The notes under the pieces: generated by a model
Database searches by the model: none
Told to the model about the DNA's origin: nothing
What the model saw: the letters and a program-made list of their open reading frames with translations, nothing else
Part shown: positions 9,421 to 23,092 of the stretch, one piece after another
Position numbering within the stretch: position 1 is the stretch's first letter
Layout: each line of letters opens with the position of its first letter
Translations under genes and position numbers: made by a program
Origin: Raillietiella orientalis
Lineage: Eukaryota
DNA: 64,000 nt
Reading direction: 5' to 3'
Assembly (NCBI GenBank): GCA_036172245.1
Contig: JAYWIR010000004.1
Span: 4,526,001-4,590,000, forward strand

Positions 9421-12400
9421 AGTCCGTCCTGGCCTTGTTTACTTATTCATTTCTGGACCCTCCCACCAAAGTACTATGCAAACGAGGATGAGATTCCGAC
9501 CAGTTCGAGAAAGAGGCAGTGCGCCTTTTTTTCTGCACCTTTTATTCGCCTCTTTTAAATAAATGGCTTGCCACATCGAGAACAACATGTTGGATGTCAC
9601 GAACTCATTTTTCAGAGTTCGATGCTGCTTCTGTTCTGTAAACAAGGCTTCAAAATTCCTTTCTCGGGACCTTGACCACTCGTGCAGGTCAATTCCAATT
9701 AAGGTCGTCATGCGACCCTCCTACATAGGTCAGGCCATAGATTAAGGATCAGGTCAGGGCCTCTTTCAGAATCAGAAGCCAGTACTCATTGCAGCTGCTA
9801 CTTACTTTAATTTTTTGACAAGATAAGGGCTCATGGGACATGCAACAAATCATAAGGAAGAATCCGTATTCTTAAGCACTCATTTATTTCGAGAAGACCT
9901 CACCTTTCCAGCCCACTTTCTTGCAGCAGTGATTTTTCGATGCTGCTCCAACCATTAGAAACAAAGACAAATTTGGGATGCAGCATGATATGTACCAGCT
10001 AAATACGCGTATACACGTGTATTCAGCTGGTACCTGTGCCTGAGACGTGCATACTCAGTTGCTTGGTTACACTGCGCATTAATATCTCCATCACAGCGAG
10101 ACTGGATGACTAGGTGAATGACTAGCTTGGAGAAATCACACTCGAAAATCGCATCCTTCGATTTACACTCGAAAAAAGAAAAGGAAAAAGAAATCCAGTG
10201 AATGCTGAGGATAGAAACGAATATTGACTGATTGTAATGAAGTCGTTGCAAATTAGGATACTTTTGCCGAATGGTAGGACGACGGTTCAAAGCAAGCAGA
10301 TTGGTTTTCTCTTGGAACATTACGTTCTGGAAATCGAGGATCGGAAAGATAGACTCTTGCTCTTTTACTTGCAATCCTAAATGCAGTCAGCAATTTATTT
10401 TCCCCCATTTGTCTCTTCGAAGATTTTATCAAAAGCGAGCGCAAAAGTATGATGCGAAACAACGTTTTCCAGGATGAAAGAAGGGCATTCAACGCTGACT
10501 CGAGGAATTCGGCAGTAATCTCTGGATACTTCGAGAGACGATAGGGAACACAACGGCATTTCCCTTTGTCTGCATGTCTCGCAATCTTTGCTTGTTCAAC
10601 TTTCCTCTTTCTCTACATCTGCATCGTCACTCACTGAAGTTTGGCTTCAGGCAAAATTTTCGCTTCCTTCTCGACAAAAACTGCTTATTAACATCTCAAC
10701 TGCAAAGTCGGTTTCCAGAAGCATAGCAAATTTCACAGTCCTGCTTAACACTGGGTTATTTCGCCAACTCAGTCTTTACAGCAAGTTGTTTCTATAATGG
10801 ACCCAGCCACGATATAGTAGCCACACTTCTTAATCAAGCTCATTCCATTCAAAATTTGTTGTTTGCCTGTGAGATAAAGATAAGTTTCTTTCCTGGATCC
10901 TCATCTCTCCTTCCGAGACGGTTGTACACTTGGGAACAACCGAAACACACGACTGGAAACACAGACAAACACAGACTTCATCCTGCTCAGCCACAGCGCT
11001 GAAGCTTTCCAACCCATCACAGAGATGAAATAGATGGCGATAAGGCACTCAATGTGACGAATGGAATAATTTCAAGATGCCAGGTTTGTTAGCGCTTCGG
11101 GGCACATCAGTTTAAACAGAAAATAAATTCCAATTTGTGCGTTTTTGGCAAAAAGTTGCAAGTTTAAACGAAGTTTTGCTTTAACTTTAAAATGCAAAAT
11201 CTCATTAGCAAAATTTCTAAATAGGATTTTTTTATTCTAAACTTAAAGCGAAAATTTCCGAAGTTCAAGCATCTCTCGAGGCAACAGCTTCTATTGAAAA
11301 CCTTGAACTTTTTCATCTTTCTGTTAACTTCCATACGTCAAACATGCTACCTACAAGTTTGTCTTGTTTTTAAGAAATTCTTGCAAGCGACTAAGATCTT
11401 ATTAATCGTAAAGAGCTTTCCTGTCGATCACTCATTCATCTGAATTTAGGAAGTGGAAAGGTTTTCACGAATGATGAGGTCATGAAAGTCTCTGAGTCCT
11501 GTCGCGCTATAAACGATAATTCCTCCTAACACATTATGGTCAGTTTTCCTATGTCTTTTCATATCCTCGAAACGTTCTTCTAGAAATTGATCAGTTGCCA
11601 TGAAAACAGAGCTCACAAATATCGACCTTCAAACTTTTTTGTTTATTTCTGGTTTGGTAATGATTGATTGACTGCACATGCAACTACGATCATCTTTTCA
11701 TTCAATAGTTTATTGATAAGATGAATTATTCCCATAAGATTATTTCATATCGGTAAATGCTACATCATTATTATTGTACATGTATCGTAGCTGTTCAACG
11801 ATTTAGATGTGCATGCTCTACTGCCAATGATACGATAAAGGATTCTGTAGACACTACAGGATACAGAGACCAATCCTTAGTAACGTGATTGCTTGGAATG
11901 TTTCCACGTAAACACTTTCCTTGTTTCTGATTCTTGAAAAAAGGAAAAATATCTCAAGAGCTTGATGCATCTTCTTCTCGTCAGGAATTCTTTTTCAACC
12001 AACTTTTATTTCAGAAACACGATTGGTTTATCTGTAAGTTCGTAAGGTAAGCTTCTCGCCTTAACATGTGTTAGAGTTTCAAGTTTGGGATTCAATTCCC
12101 TACATTCAGGCCAAAGGAACAATTTGTTTATCAGATAAGCATTTTTGAAAAGATCATTGATTTCTTTTATAAAATCCACTTTTGATGATGCTCAATTACA
12201 CCTTAAATTCCCACGCATTGATGATCCAGATTAAAAAGCATCTCTTTCTCAAATTTCGAGTTCATTACTAGAGAAGCAGTTCCCTGAATAATACCAAAAC
12301 ATTTTTTCCTTATCTTACTTTTAATTACTTATTTAAAACACGACTGCTGCTTAAAATTGCACATCTGTTCTGATAAAAGTTCCTGCTGAGGTAAGTTTCA

Positions 12401-13049
12401 TTTCACTTCTGTTTTTTGTGCCCATTCAAGGCAATGGAATTTTCATCAAATGAAAACTTGAATCCGGAAAAATAGGTATCGTTTCCTCTATAGTCCTCAT
12501 CTTTCGCGCTTTCAATGCTTTTAATCCAGATTATTTTGTCTCGTTCAGAATAAGCATGAACAAATCATTCTTACATGTATCATGTATTACCATGAATCAA
12601 TCTTATTATCAGAATCACTGTGCTGTATCCGATGTGAAGCCTCTCTTTTTGATCCTTCTTTCAATATTTGTTAACTGCAGCATGCTACTCAGTGAATTCT
12701 CAAGGTCTTGTGAAGATTTTGGCGCACTATAGCGAGACTACCGAAAAAGTTTTGTTTCTTCATTCTTGCAAACAAAAAAGCATCACTTTCACTGAATCGA
12801 AGTTTAGAATTCCAAATAGATGAATATGTGAGAATAGTTATAGTAGCATTCTTTTTAGTTAATCATATGTTCTTGACATTGCAGCATTCAGGGGGTTATT
12901 TTAGGAGCAAATCTGAGAAGCTTGGCTCCACTTTTCGAATTGCAAAGAAAAGCAGATTTTGACTGACTTGCGACTAGTGATGGAATCCTCTTCGTCAGAT
13001 CTGTGACCTCATATACAGTTCAGTTCCTGCACATTCCAAAATAATTCAC

Positions 13050-14750
13050 CGGGAGCCTTGTTCTTAGACGAGCCAATGCCATTAGCGACGGCAGCCGTGA
13101 GTGACCAAAGTGATCTGACATCTGACAACTGGAACTTTACTGAGGCGTAGCATGTAAAGACCGCAACTGCTTGACATTATCGAGGGGGTTGATGGAACGT
13201 TTACTTGTAGCTCATCTATAACTGTGAGTCCATTCTCTCTAAACCCTACTGGCAACCTTGACTTGTTACCAGAGTTATCTGGGATGCTACTGTCCATGTT
13301 TGGTACTGGGTGTCTTTTGTGAAACTATGTGGATAGGTAAAAATCAGGATTCGAGTGCGTGAAGGATCACATTAGAGCAATAAGATGAAAAACTAGAAGA
13401 ATGTTTGTGAGCATTGCGAGTCTGATTCGGTACAGTCAATGGCGAATACTGTTCGAAAAACATGGTTGAATGAAATAACCAATCTGTTAGAGGGACAACA
13501 CACATCCCACGTGGAGTTGATGACATTGACATGAAAGAAGTACTTTTTTGAGAACATCCCAATAACGAAAGAAGTGTCTTTATCGTTGTCTGTCTCGTTT
13601 CTGTGTTTTTACAGCTGGATGTTTTCGGAGGGATGAGAACTGAAACGAAACAGCACCATCATGTTGCACAAATACGCGGAGGAACTTTAGAGAAGCGGCG
13701 AGTCTACGTTAAGAGCACGACGGAGGCAATGCATCTCGTACCAGTGCAACACAACTGATCCTCCCTCGGATTCACCCTAGTGGAACCTCGGAACTTCAAA
13801 TGCTGTTCTTGAAATGCTGATAGCGCAGCAGATAGCAAGCTCTCTAAAGAATCTTAGTTCTTTCTTGTGCTGACATCAGAAAGCAACAAAAAGAGAAGTG
13901 AGGGTCATCAAACAGTCCAAAACTTTTCGTCTTGCAGAAATATGATTGTATTGCTGAGGAAGGCAGCCACTGAAACTAACTGGATGATTCCGAACTTACC
14001 TGAAATTGCGATTGGACACACAACACTGATAAAGAAGAACATACAAATTCTTTTCTCTTTACTCAATTTCTCAGCACATTAGATGATCTCCAAAGTATTT
14101 AAGTAACTTTGACCTCCTTGCAAGCAGTTGAAGTTTTCTTCCAGTTCGTGGATCAAGGAATGATTAAAATCTTAAATAGGATTTCCTCTTGTTCGTGTCG
14201 CTGAATATGGGAAGAACTCAGGAGGAAGATGTCTGTAACAAAATCCCCTGTGTTGGAGATTGATGAACTAACAAAGCAACTTTTAAATAGATTGCTGCTA
14301 AACTGCTTTGGACAGTGAAACTTCTGAAAGTTTCATCGATCGGAATTTCTTTTATTCAGAAAAATATTAAATTTCTGGGACTGTCACTGCTGATTGTTAT
14401 GCGCCGCGTTTCAAGAAGGAACGAATATTGGTATAACAAGGTCAGGACAAAGGAGGAGGATAGAGCGAAAAAATGAACGAGCAATGGGATTTAGGAAAAA
14501 ATTGGCAGCTCTTCCCCAACACTTCAGGGCTTTCAGTGATGCCCTATATGGTGAGAACAGACATCGAAGTTGCTTTACAGGCTGCGCTCACTCAGGTTTA
14601 GAATGCTTAAAAAGATGATGAGTGATGCTTTGGTTCTAATGGAGGATACGAGTTCTAGCAGCTTGCTTTTCAAATTCTGCTCTCAATGCCTCCGTTGTAC
14701 CGCATGCTCACAACATTACCGGCTACTGAGTCATATCCATTTCTATCAAG
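13050..14750 (+). pseudogene. Old LINE endonuclease/RT relic
   Basis: Degenerate motifs NGEYC...TTHIPRGVDDID (EN-like), GFRKKLAALPQ (QxGFR region) and LYRLRSLR. Many stops. Confidence 0.35.
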
Positions 14751-14849
14751 TTACTACACAGTGTTGCTCGAGAAATTAGACCTCTTCGGCTGCTTTGGCG
14801 AGATTAATTGAGAAACCCTTTACATGAAGCGACGACCAAGTTCAAGTAT

Positions 14850-16040
14850 CTTCATCCGTCTAGCATTCCCACGAATTTTAAACTATTGAGGAGCATGCCA
14901 AAAAGGAAAGTAGCAAATTTTGCTTACTTTCCATGAATTTTAAACTATTTTGCAATGAGAGAATTCCAAATGCATCAGATAGATTTCAGGAAATATCTGA
15001 ATGTAGTACGTCACTACTTGGAAAATTTCTTTTTTGCTTTCATGACTCGAGAATATGTTGAAGCCGTGGTGGGTAACCCGATATCTCGTTATCATCAGCA
15101 TTTCAACATTTCTTCCTTCCATCTGACTCGATGCCCTTAAACTCCGAGATCATTCTTGTTTTTTCAATTTCATCATCTGATTTTTGTTTTCTCCAAAATT
15201 GAATGGAATCATCATCAGACTGCACAAACTTCATTCTGTCCACAATTAATGCGTCCATGGTCATAAAACTCCAGTGCTGTAGCGTGACAAGCATGAGAAG
15301 AAGCTACTGAAAGCATATATGCTTTTTATTCTTAGATTCTTGGCTCGATGGGTTGAGCTGATTCTTTTGGATAGTGTGTTTGTTGCTGTTGGTTTGAACG
15401 GGATCATTCAAAGGATGGCAAAATAAAAATTTGAACAATAGAGCCTTTTTAATCCCAGCATCAGAGTTACAAGTTTGTGCTCATCAATACTTGATGATGT
15501 TGCTTGATTTTGAAATGAAAATAAAGTTAAATTCCAGATTTACAATTGTGGCACTTTTAAATTAAGGCTAGAGATATTAAATTTACGGATTGTGGGGTTT
15601 GTACGCAGCCGGTTGAAAAATCCTCACCTCAGCACATAGCTCTGGATCTTCAGTAGCTTGCACACAGGGTGACAAGTTGATTTGGAGGTGTACCGGATAC
15701 AAAGGTATGCCTAAATTCCAGTTTGAGTGCCTGTAATTTTGGATTCTGCAGTGACGAGGACACGTGAGATCGGCAATGGCAGAGATGAATGGATAAACAA
15801 AGCTTCGACCTCGGGACAATTGACGTTAAGTCTAACTACGGCAGTGCATGGAACTCCTGGGATCGAATTTGGTTTACGGCATTTCTGAACAACTTGTTTA
15901 TCACGAACCTCAAGTCTTAAATAGGGTGCACTTCGATGCCACTGTTTCCTTGCATACCCCCATACACTGGCGAATATTCCTCCTGCTTCAAGTAGGAACC
16001 TATTGTGCAACAGGAGAATAATAAGGATCCTTGCCAATTG
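14850..16040 (-). pseudogene. Old LINE relic (EN-like and C-terminal motifs)
   Basis: EALFIHSSL resembles the EN GVA(L)xI motif. ITRYRVTHH resembles the C-terminal RLRxGH motif. Confidence 0.3.
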
Positions 16041-17299
16041 GGGTTATTCATGTTTTTTTTTCCTCTTGAGTATCAAGTCGGACTGACAGTTCTAAGGGTT
16101 TTAATTTAAGAAAGCACGGAGCAAAAAAAAAAAAAAAGAATCACCCAGTACAGCAGAGCATAGTGTAGGCGGAGATGAAATTCGGTAGGAATGACTTTTT
16201 CCTCAATGATACAATGGAGCAACTCATGGTGTTGAGCTCTGATCGGGATTTGTGGATTGACTTCCACACAGACAAGATAGCCATGATGCCGCAAGTTATC
16301 GTAAGAATGAGGATGGCGATCATGATTAGGAGCATTCAGGGATTACTTTAAAAACCCGGCAAAATCATGAAAGAACAGTTTTGACCACAAAGCACTTTTC
16401 TTTTAACCTCAATAAGTCACTGCCATTTGGTATTTGATCGAAGCTTTGTGAGTCCATCAAAATTTACTTTTCCTCTGAGTGTTGGCTACGTTAAGGAACA
16501 ATTCAGGAAGAAAAATATGGAAGCGTTTTCTGATTCCTGAGATCAATTTGGAGTCAAAGGACTCTTAGCATATCGGATTCCCCTAATATTTCAAATCGCA
16601 GACCTGAATATCGAAAAAAGGAAGCTGAAGAGCTTTGTGGCAATCAATGTCATGACTGTTGCCTCCATCACGTCTTATTATCACGGTCTTTTTGAAGGAA
16701 CGGTTAGGTCATGGTTGCTTTGCAAACGTCTTCTGGGTTCTTTTCTTCAAGAACATTCTCTCTACAGGAAGAATAAAAGCACAGTGAGATTCCACCGGTC
16801 TGAACCTTACCGTGTAAGCAGTCATCGCAATTTACCAAATCACTTCAAACCGTCTCACATTTAGTAAAGCATCCATCCGAGGGAGCGTCCACTGCCTCCT
16901 GCTCGCTGATATTTTGATCTTTATTCGAAGTGGAGTTGACTTTCCTGATAAGAACCATCTCATAAATTCAGTTTCGAAGCATTGAATTCGCTTCCCGATT
17001 CACCATTGCATCCTAATTTGAAACTTCACTTCACACTTTTGTTCTTGTAGCTTCGCCATCTTTGCTCGTCTCCTGATGCGAGCAAAGATACTGTGTGCAG
17101 ACAAAAAATCCTATAGGATCATCATGTGTTATGTATTGGAATACCTATTTCCTCAAGCTTTTATGTCATATGTATCATGTCTTATACTCCTTTCATCGTC
17201 TTTATAAGACCATAAGACTATGTATCAAAGGTATCAGTTATCTCTGTGGTCCCCCTTCTTGCCTCTTGTATTCTGTTCAAGCATCTGCATTCTGTTCAA

Positions 17300-17800
17300 G
17301 TATAGAGTGATGCATTTCTCCGATTAGGAGAATTCGAATTCAACCGGCTACGCCTTTCCTTGCTTTTGGTCCCATATGTAAGACAACAAGGAGCAAAGTC
17401 TCATCCAAAATTGCCTTTCCATCATATTCAGCTGTCCTATTCTTTAGAAACGGCATACCTTAAGTACATGGTCCAATGTCCTTGTACAGCAATAGCAGTT
17501 TTGGTTCGAGTGTTTACTAGGTCCGCTTCTAGAGCTACCGCACAGAGCTGCAAAAGAGTTCAAAGGACGATGGTCGCATTTTGTTTCAAAGACATGAATT
17601 TGAAGGCAGGGTCTGTCGAAGTTTGAGGTTTCGAGATTACCCATAACAGCGCTTTTGTCTTCCGTTTTCAAGTGCCATACTGTTTCCATGAAGAAGTTTC
17701 CGAGTTCAGATTACTTAACGGAACTTGGATTTTGATGCAACGATTCGACTTGCATCCGATCAAGGAGAGACATGATTTGTTTTCTCCAAGTAAGGAATAA
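17300..17800 (-). pseudogene. CR1/L2-like apurinic endonuclease relic
   Basis: ORF 17444..17689 contains AVMGNLETSNFDR (like IMGDFNxPxIDW) and RTLDHVL (like LDLVL). Confidence 0.4.
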
Positions 17801-18459
17801 AATTAAATTTCTCAGATTCCTTTCCTCCACTCGTTTCAAAAATAATAGACCTTCATCATTTGGGAATAATCTAGATCATTGATGACAAATCGAAAATTTT
17901 TCGCGTACCAAGATTAGTGAAACCTGGCAACGTACGTATTCCAGCATGCCATCATATATATGCTGTCCAGAAGCCGCAGTCAATTTTAAATGTTTGATTA
18001 AAATTCTGAATAATTGATTCACCTTCAAGATACAATATTTGAAAACTGAAATTGCTGAGTAGTGTATCATACGTGTGGTTTTTATAAACCATTATATGAA
18101 AAAATAGGCACGTAGATGATACGACAAATAATTGTTTGTACATAGAAATACAAGTATTTCAACGCATTTGATAACTATTTAATGTCTGACTTGTTGCCCC
18201 TTCTGTGAAGAGAATTTGCTAATATTTGATCTGTATTATGCCACCTTTCAAGCCATGAAGTTTCCAGAATTTTCAACAGCCAGCCTATTTCTTCGCCCAG
18301 AAATTATTCTCGTGCGACTATTTTCAAGTATGGATTCTCAAACTGAATAATTCGTGCTTCTAAATAAATCCATACATAAGTGTGGTAAACAGGAGATCAT
18401 TAAAAGAATAGTACTTAATTTTTTCGTGCTGCTGAACTGATTTGGTAGACTTTTCTATT

Positions 18460-19060
18460 GCCCGCGTCGGAGGCCGTGTGGTTACGGTGGTCTCCGCATG
18501 TGGCACCATGCGTCGTGGGTTCGAATACTCCGAAGGAATTAACGCAGTGCGTCGTGGGTCCCAAGTTCACCCCACAGGATGACGCGTGTTGGCCTACATT
18601 CATCCGGGTGCGGCACTGGTAGCGGTTAAAACCGGATACCTCCAATGAGGGCCGGGACAAATGGGAGTCGACCTCCGAGTCCTTCCAGGAATCAAGGAGT
18701 AGGAGTTCCCCTCCGATTGCGAAGGAGTGGACCCCCATTCCGGGGGGGACCCCTCTGCGTCGTACTGATGGAGTAAGTGTGTCGCCACCACCTCTCCAGA
18801 GAGTGCAGAGACGCGAGCCGATCCCTTCTGGGAAGCTGCGTCCTTCTGAATTTCGGAAGCATCCCTTCTGGGTTCTCTTCAGAGAAGAAAAACTGGAGCG
18901 GACCCTTCCAAAGGTCTCTTCGGAGAGTATAAGGAAAGAGATTCCCTTCTGGATTCCTCTTCGGAGACAACCAGGGTGGAGGTGATCTCCATTTCTGGGG
19001 ATCCCTCCCCAGGAGTGAGAGGAACGGACTCCGAGTCCTTCCTGGATTCATAGGGCGAAC
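18460..19060 (+). mobile_element. tRNA-derived SINE-like element, head intact
   Basis: Begins GCCCGCGTCGG. A-box-like TGGTTACGGTGG at 18479-18490 and B box GGGTTCGAATAC at 18517-18528. The body is homologous to the 7.5, 22.6, 54 and 55-56 kb copies, including the ~40-bp array. GC-rich island in AT-rich flanks. Confidence 0.8.
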
Positions 19061-21449
19061 AACTACGAAGACAGAAAAGGATTTCCATCATCTATTTGCT
19101 ATTTTTCCATCCTCGTTAACATTTTCATCCTCATTTCGTCCATACTCTTCCTCTCTTATCCTAAACTCATATGAACTCATTTTTTTTCCCCACTAAACTC
19201 GTCTGGGACACAGCAAATTCAAATTCGAAGTCAGGTAAATTTAGGCAGGCAACATCTGATAATTTTCAATTACGTTAATAGAACATGAAAAGAGGGAATT
19301 TTAGGAAAAATAATTTAGGAATTTAGTTTTTAAATTTAATCGAAAAAATTTAGGAAACGAGGGATTTTTAGGAAAACGGAAATAAAATTTCCCATTTTGC
19401 TAAAACCTCCGAATCTTTGAACAAACAGTTCCTCAGTTAATAATTTTCTGAAAAACCTAATTGCCAAACTATTCGGAATTTCCTTGATCGTCAATAAATT
19501 TCTTTGAATCCGGAATTAAGATAAATGGAAACAATAATTTCCTTTTTCTAAATCCCATTTTGAAAGTTCCCCTTTCAGCCCAAAGGCTTTCAGGTGCCCG
19601 TATATAACATCGATACTTCTCTCATCGTATATCCCTGTGACTTCAAAAACTTTTCACATAAAAAATTGCTCTAAAATTTGCTGCAGAATTTTGTCGCGAC
19701 CCAAAATTGCCATGCATGCCACTGATTTGTCACCACTTGTCTAGATGACAGATTTTATCTCCTGCCCTTGCGAAAAGGAAGCGGGATTTAAAAGGCAGTT
19801 TGGTAAACATTATGGCAGAGTTTCGTCGTTTGGTTCCTGAAAAACACATATCTCGAACTAAGCTCCCCCGTTCAGCAGAAGAAAGTAATTTTTCCGAGTA
19901 ATACGCCTCCACATCCCTGTCTTTGGAATGCGGAAAGTTTCTTTGGAAGACGAGCTTCGTGTCTTCACATCGAGATGCTTTGGCACTTACCCGTGCAGGA
20001 GATGGTCCTCGAACAGTGCTGTAAGGACACACAGTCTTTTGTTCCCGGCGCTGGTGGGCACTTTCGACACTGAAAACTGAAGGACCTACCTCCTTTCGTG
20101 CTGTGACCCTCTTAAAATTACTTCCTCTCTAGTCGAAAGCTGGGTTTCCTGAGGGCTTCCGTAGTGACAACGCGAGAGTTTTCCGAAATGTGTTCATTCC
20201 TCAGCCTTTCGGGATGCAGCGAAGAGAGCGTCCTGCTTGCGTTTCGGAATTTTTTTCTTCCTTTTTACTGTATTCCGTAGTTTACTCCTAATCCTCTTCA
20301 TCTTTCTGGTGCGAATATATCTGCGCGATTTTCGAGGCCAGTGCTCTAAAATTCATCTCCTGCGCAAGCATCGTGTAATAAGAAGAAAGCAGCTTGTATT
20401 CAATTTGGAAGACAATTATCAGAAGCCCCTTTCTGCGCCCCTCAGTGATCAGAACATTTGTTAGGATCACTCATCATTCAAGAGCTCTTATTGCTTCCAT
20501 TTCTAGCGGAATACATAATGCTTTTCTGTAATGAAGCTGTTGGGAAACCCTAATCTCTTTTCATCACCGTTTTTATTTATTTTTTTCTTCCCCTAAGACA
20601 ATACAAGATGGATTACTCGCTTGAGATGGAAGCTGCTTCCAAAACATCAATAAATGCCCATTCTTTCTGTTAATCATTTGACTCCAAGGAAACCCTTCAT
20701 ATCTTGGGAGGCTCGCAACAAGTTTTACGGAATTCTCGTACAGCTAGTGAGCAAAACATTCAAGAGTAAATGAATGCTTCCTAAAATAATTAGGAGTGCC
20801 TTACGTGCATGTCGGATTATTAGAGGAGTTGATGCTTTTGTTACGTGATGTTAATATTTTAGAAGAGGTATTTTCGGTTTCCCATGAAGCAGCGTCATTA
20901 CAGCAGGAATTTCATGAGAAGATGCTTTAAATCTTTGATGATTATTAAACACAAACACAGCAGAAACGTGGAATCCAAAGGTTCTGGCAGCAGGAAACAT
21001 ACATTGACCATTCGCATTTTTTTTTTTTTCTTTCTATCTAAGGGGCTGAAACAACTTCAGTTTATCTTGTACGTGTGTTTATCTGCGTTCACCACCCAAA
21101 AGGCATGGAAGAATGCGTGGTACACCCCTCAAGAACAATGATGTGTCTGGCCAACTTATTACTCTTTCCATCACTGCCGTTGGAAACAGTGCTTCACGAT
21201 TTTTTAACTTAAGTACATTACTGATGTCCAGTCTGATTTTGACAAGTTCCCTGAAAAGCAGATGCGGTAAATTCTCCCGAAACTCAAAAAGATTTACATC
21301 GTCACGGCTCCTTCCTGCAAGATCAATCTCATTTCCACAGATAAAGAAACCTGTGCATTTTTCAAAGGTGCGTCCATCTAGGCGCAATAAAGGAACGCTT
21401 TCTTGCATGGTCCGACGACACAGCAATGGTTCCCTTACCTGACCGATTT

Positions 21450-22500
21450 CTGAAGGTGATGCGAGAGATTTCGACTTTCTGAATGGGAGGACGGAATTTT
21501 TGTTATTTCAGCACCTGAGCCAGAAAGAACAAATGGATTCTGTTGCGATTTCGGCACCAGCGGGAACGCCTTATACTTCACCGGATCATTCAAGCTGCAG
21601 CATCCATCGTAAATCAAAAAGACGGCCCTCAATATATAAAATATTGGGATGCCGTGTAATTGACAGTTTTCATCCCATCTTTCTATTGCCTTTATGGAAA
21701 TATGAGAAACTAAAACCGTGGTCATCCTTACCCTGTGGAATAAGGCGATTTCAGTGGTAGCTCCAGAGGCCTTACTGATATAAAGTTACCATCTTGAACT
21801 GGAATACGATATTCACGGAAGGAGGAATACTTGGCAAGAAACGCTTTATTAATTTTTCTGTGAAAGCAACTAGGAGGATTCTGATTCGTCTCCTTTCCCA
21901 GATGGAAATGCCTAGAGAGAATGCGTACATGTAGCGCTGCTGTAGTCAGTGAAATCTTTGGAAGACAAGGCACCAGCAAGCAAGCTGGAGGAAACAGTAT
22001 TTGGCTCGAGTCTTTCCTGGAGAAGGCAGGGAAAGAGATATGATTCTCGTAAGATATCGAAAACAAGAAAATCTATAATGGTCAAGCCGTGGAGAAGTGC
22101 TGCAGAATTGCAAACAAAGACTCCCAAGTATGAATTTTTAGGCTCTAAACGGACTCGGGGATCGATCAGAGATCCATGGAAAGAATATTCTGATTGAAGA
22201 TCTGGACAGCAGAAAATGTCCTGTTCCCTTCTAGGATCAAATTAGAGCATCATTGACAATTAATTTGAAAAGATTCGTTTCAAGAAAAAATGATTTCTCT
22301 TATTTTTGACATTTTACTTCTGATGGATGGTTTTTTGTGTGTGTGCCTCTGGAAGCGTTGGCATCGTTACCGAACACATTTGATACTGTTTTCGATTCCA
22401 GGGTTAAGACTTTAAAGACACATTTGATTGTAAACACCTGCTTACTCGCCAGTGATTGTGTTTTCTTCGAGCGAATCATGAAGACAACTTCTGCTTCTAT
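21450..22500 (+). pseudogene. CR1/L2-like RT relic
   Basis: ORF 21500..21760 IYKILGCRVIDSFHPIFLLPLWKYEKL resembles PIYKKG...NYRPISLLP..KxFEK. Confidence 0.5.
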
Positions 22501-22607
22501 AAACACACACATACACACAAATCCCCCTGAATAATTGAGGCCTTTGTCGGTTTAACCTTCCATAAACGATGGGAAAATCACCATAGAAAATTTTTTCTAG
22601 AAAATTT

Positions 22608-23092
22608 AGAAAAAGAGGGCTCTTTCCATGTTTTCTTCTCTGAAGGGAACCCTCAAGGGAACCGCCCCTGTTTACTCCTCTGAAGAGAACCCCGAAGGGA
22701 CTCTTCCGAAATTCAGAAGGGCGCTCTCCCCGAGGAAAGCGGCACGCTTCCCTGGAACTCTAGAGATGTGGCGACACACCTACTCTACGGAGGGTCTCCC
22801 CAAATGGTGAGTCCGCTCCTATGCACAACCGGGGGGGAACTCCCCACTCCTTGATTCCTGGAAGAGACCCGGAGGTCGACTGCCGTTGTGGGACCTTGTC
22901 GGGGGCATACAGTTTGAACTACTACTGGGCGCCGCCCCCGGAAGTAGGCCGAGCAGCGTTATCCCGCGGCTCCGACTCGAACCCACGAAGCGCGCACAAA
23001 CTCCTTGCGTCGATTCTTGCCGAGTATTCGAACCCACGACGCATGGTGCCACATGCGGAGACCACCGTAACCACAGGGTCTCCGACGCGGGC
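22608..23092 (-). mobile_element. tRNA-derived SINE-like element, 3'-shortened
   Basis: The head is nearly identical to 18460-18530 (reverse complement). B boxes at 23024-23035 and about 22973-22984. Two ~40-bp units at 22640-22705. Flanked by a ~25-bp imperfect direct repeat (22581-22607, 23092-23116). Confidence 0.8.

Noticed and set aside
13396..13530. PH-domain-like peptide KTWLNEITNLLEGQ as a host exon
   Set aside because: Short and bounded by stops. An overlapping frame fits a LINE endonuclease relic that is collinear with downstream RT motifs.
16141..16335. Hydrophobic 64-aa ORF as a membrane-protein exon or viral glycoprotein anchor
   Set aside because: In-frame stops lie immediately upstream, and there are no supporting neighbouring exons or viral motifs. 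It cannot be supported without a search.
18460..18535. Functional tRNA gene
   Set aside because: A/B boxes are present, but no acceptor stem or cloverleaf can be drawn, and the sequence continues into a dispersed repeat body.
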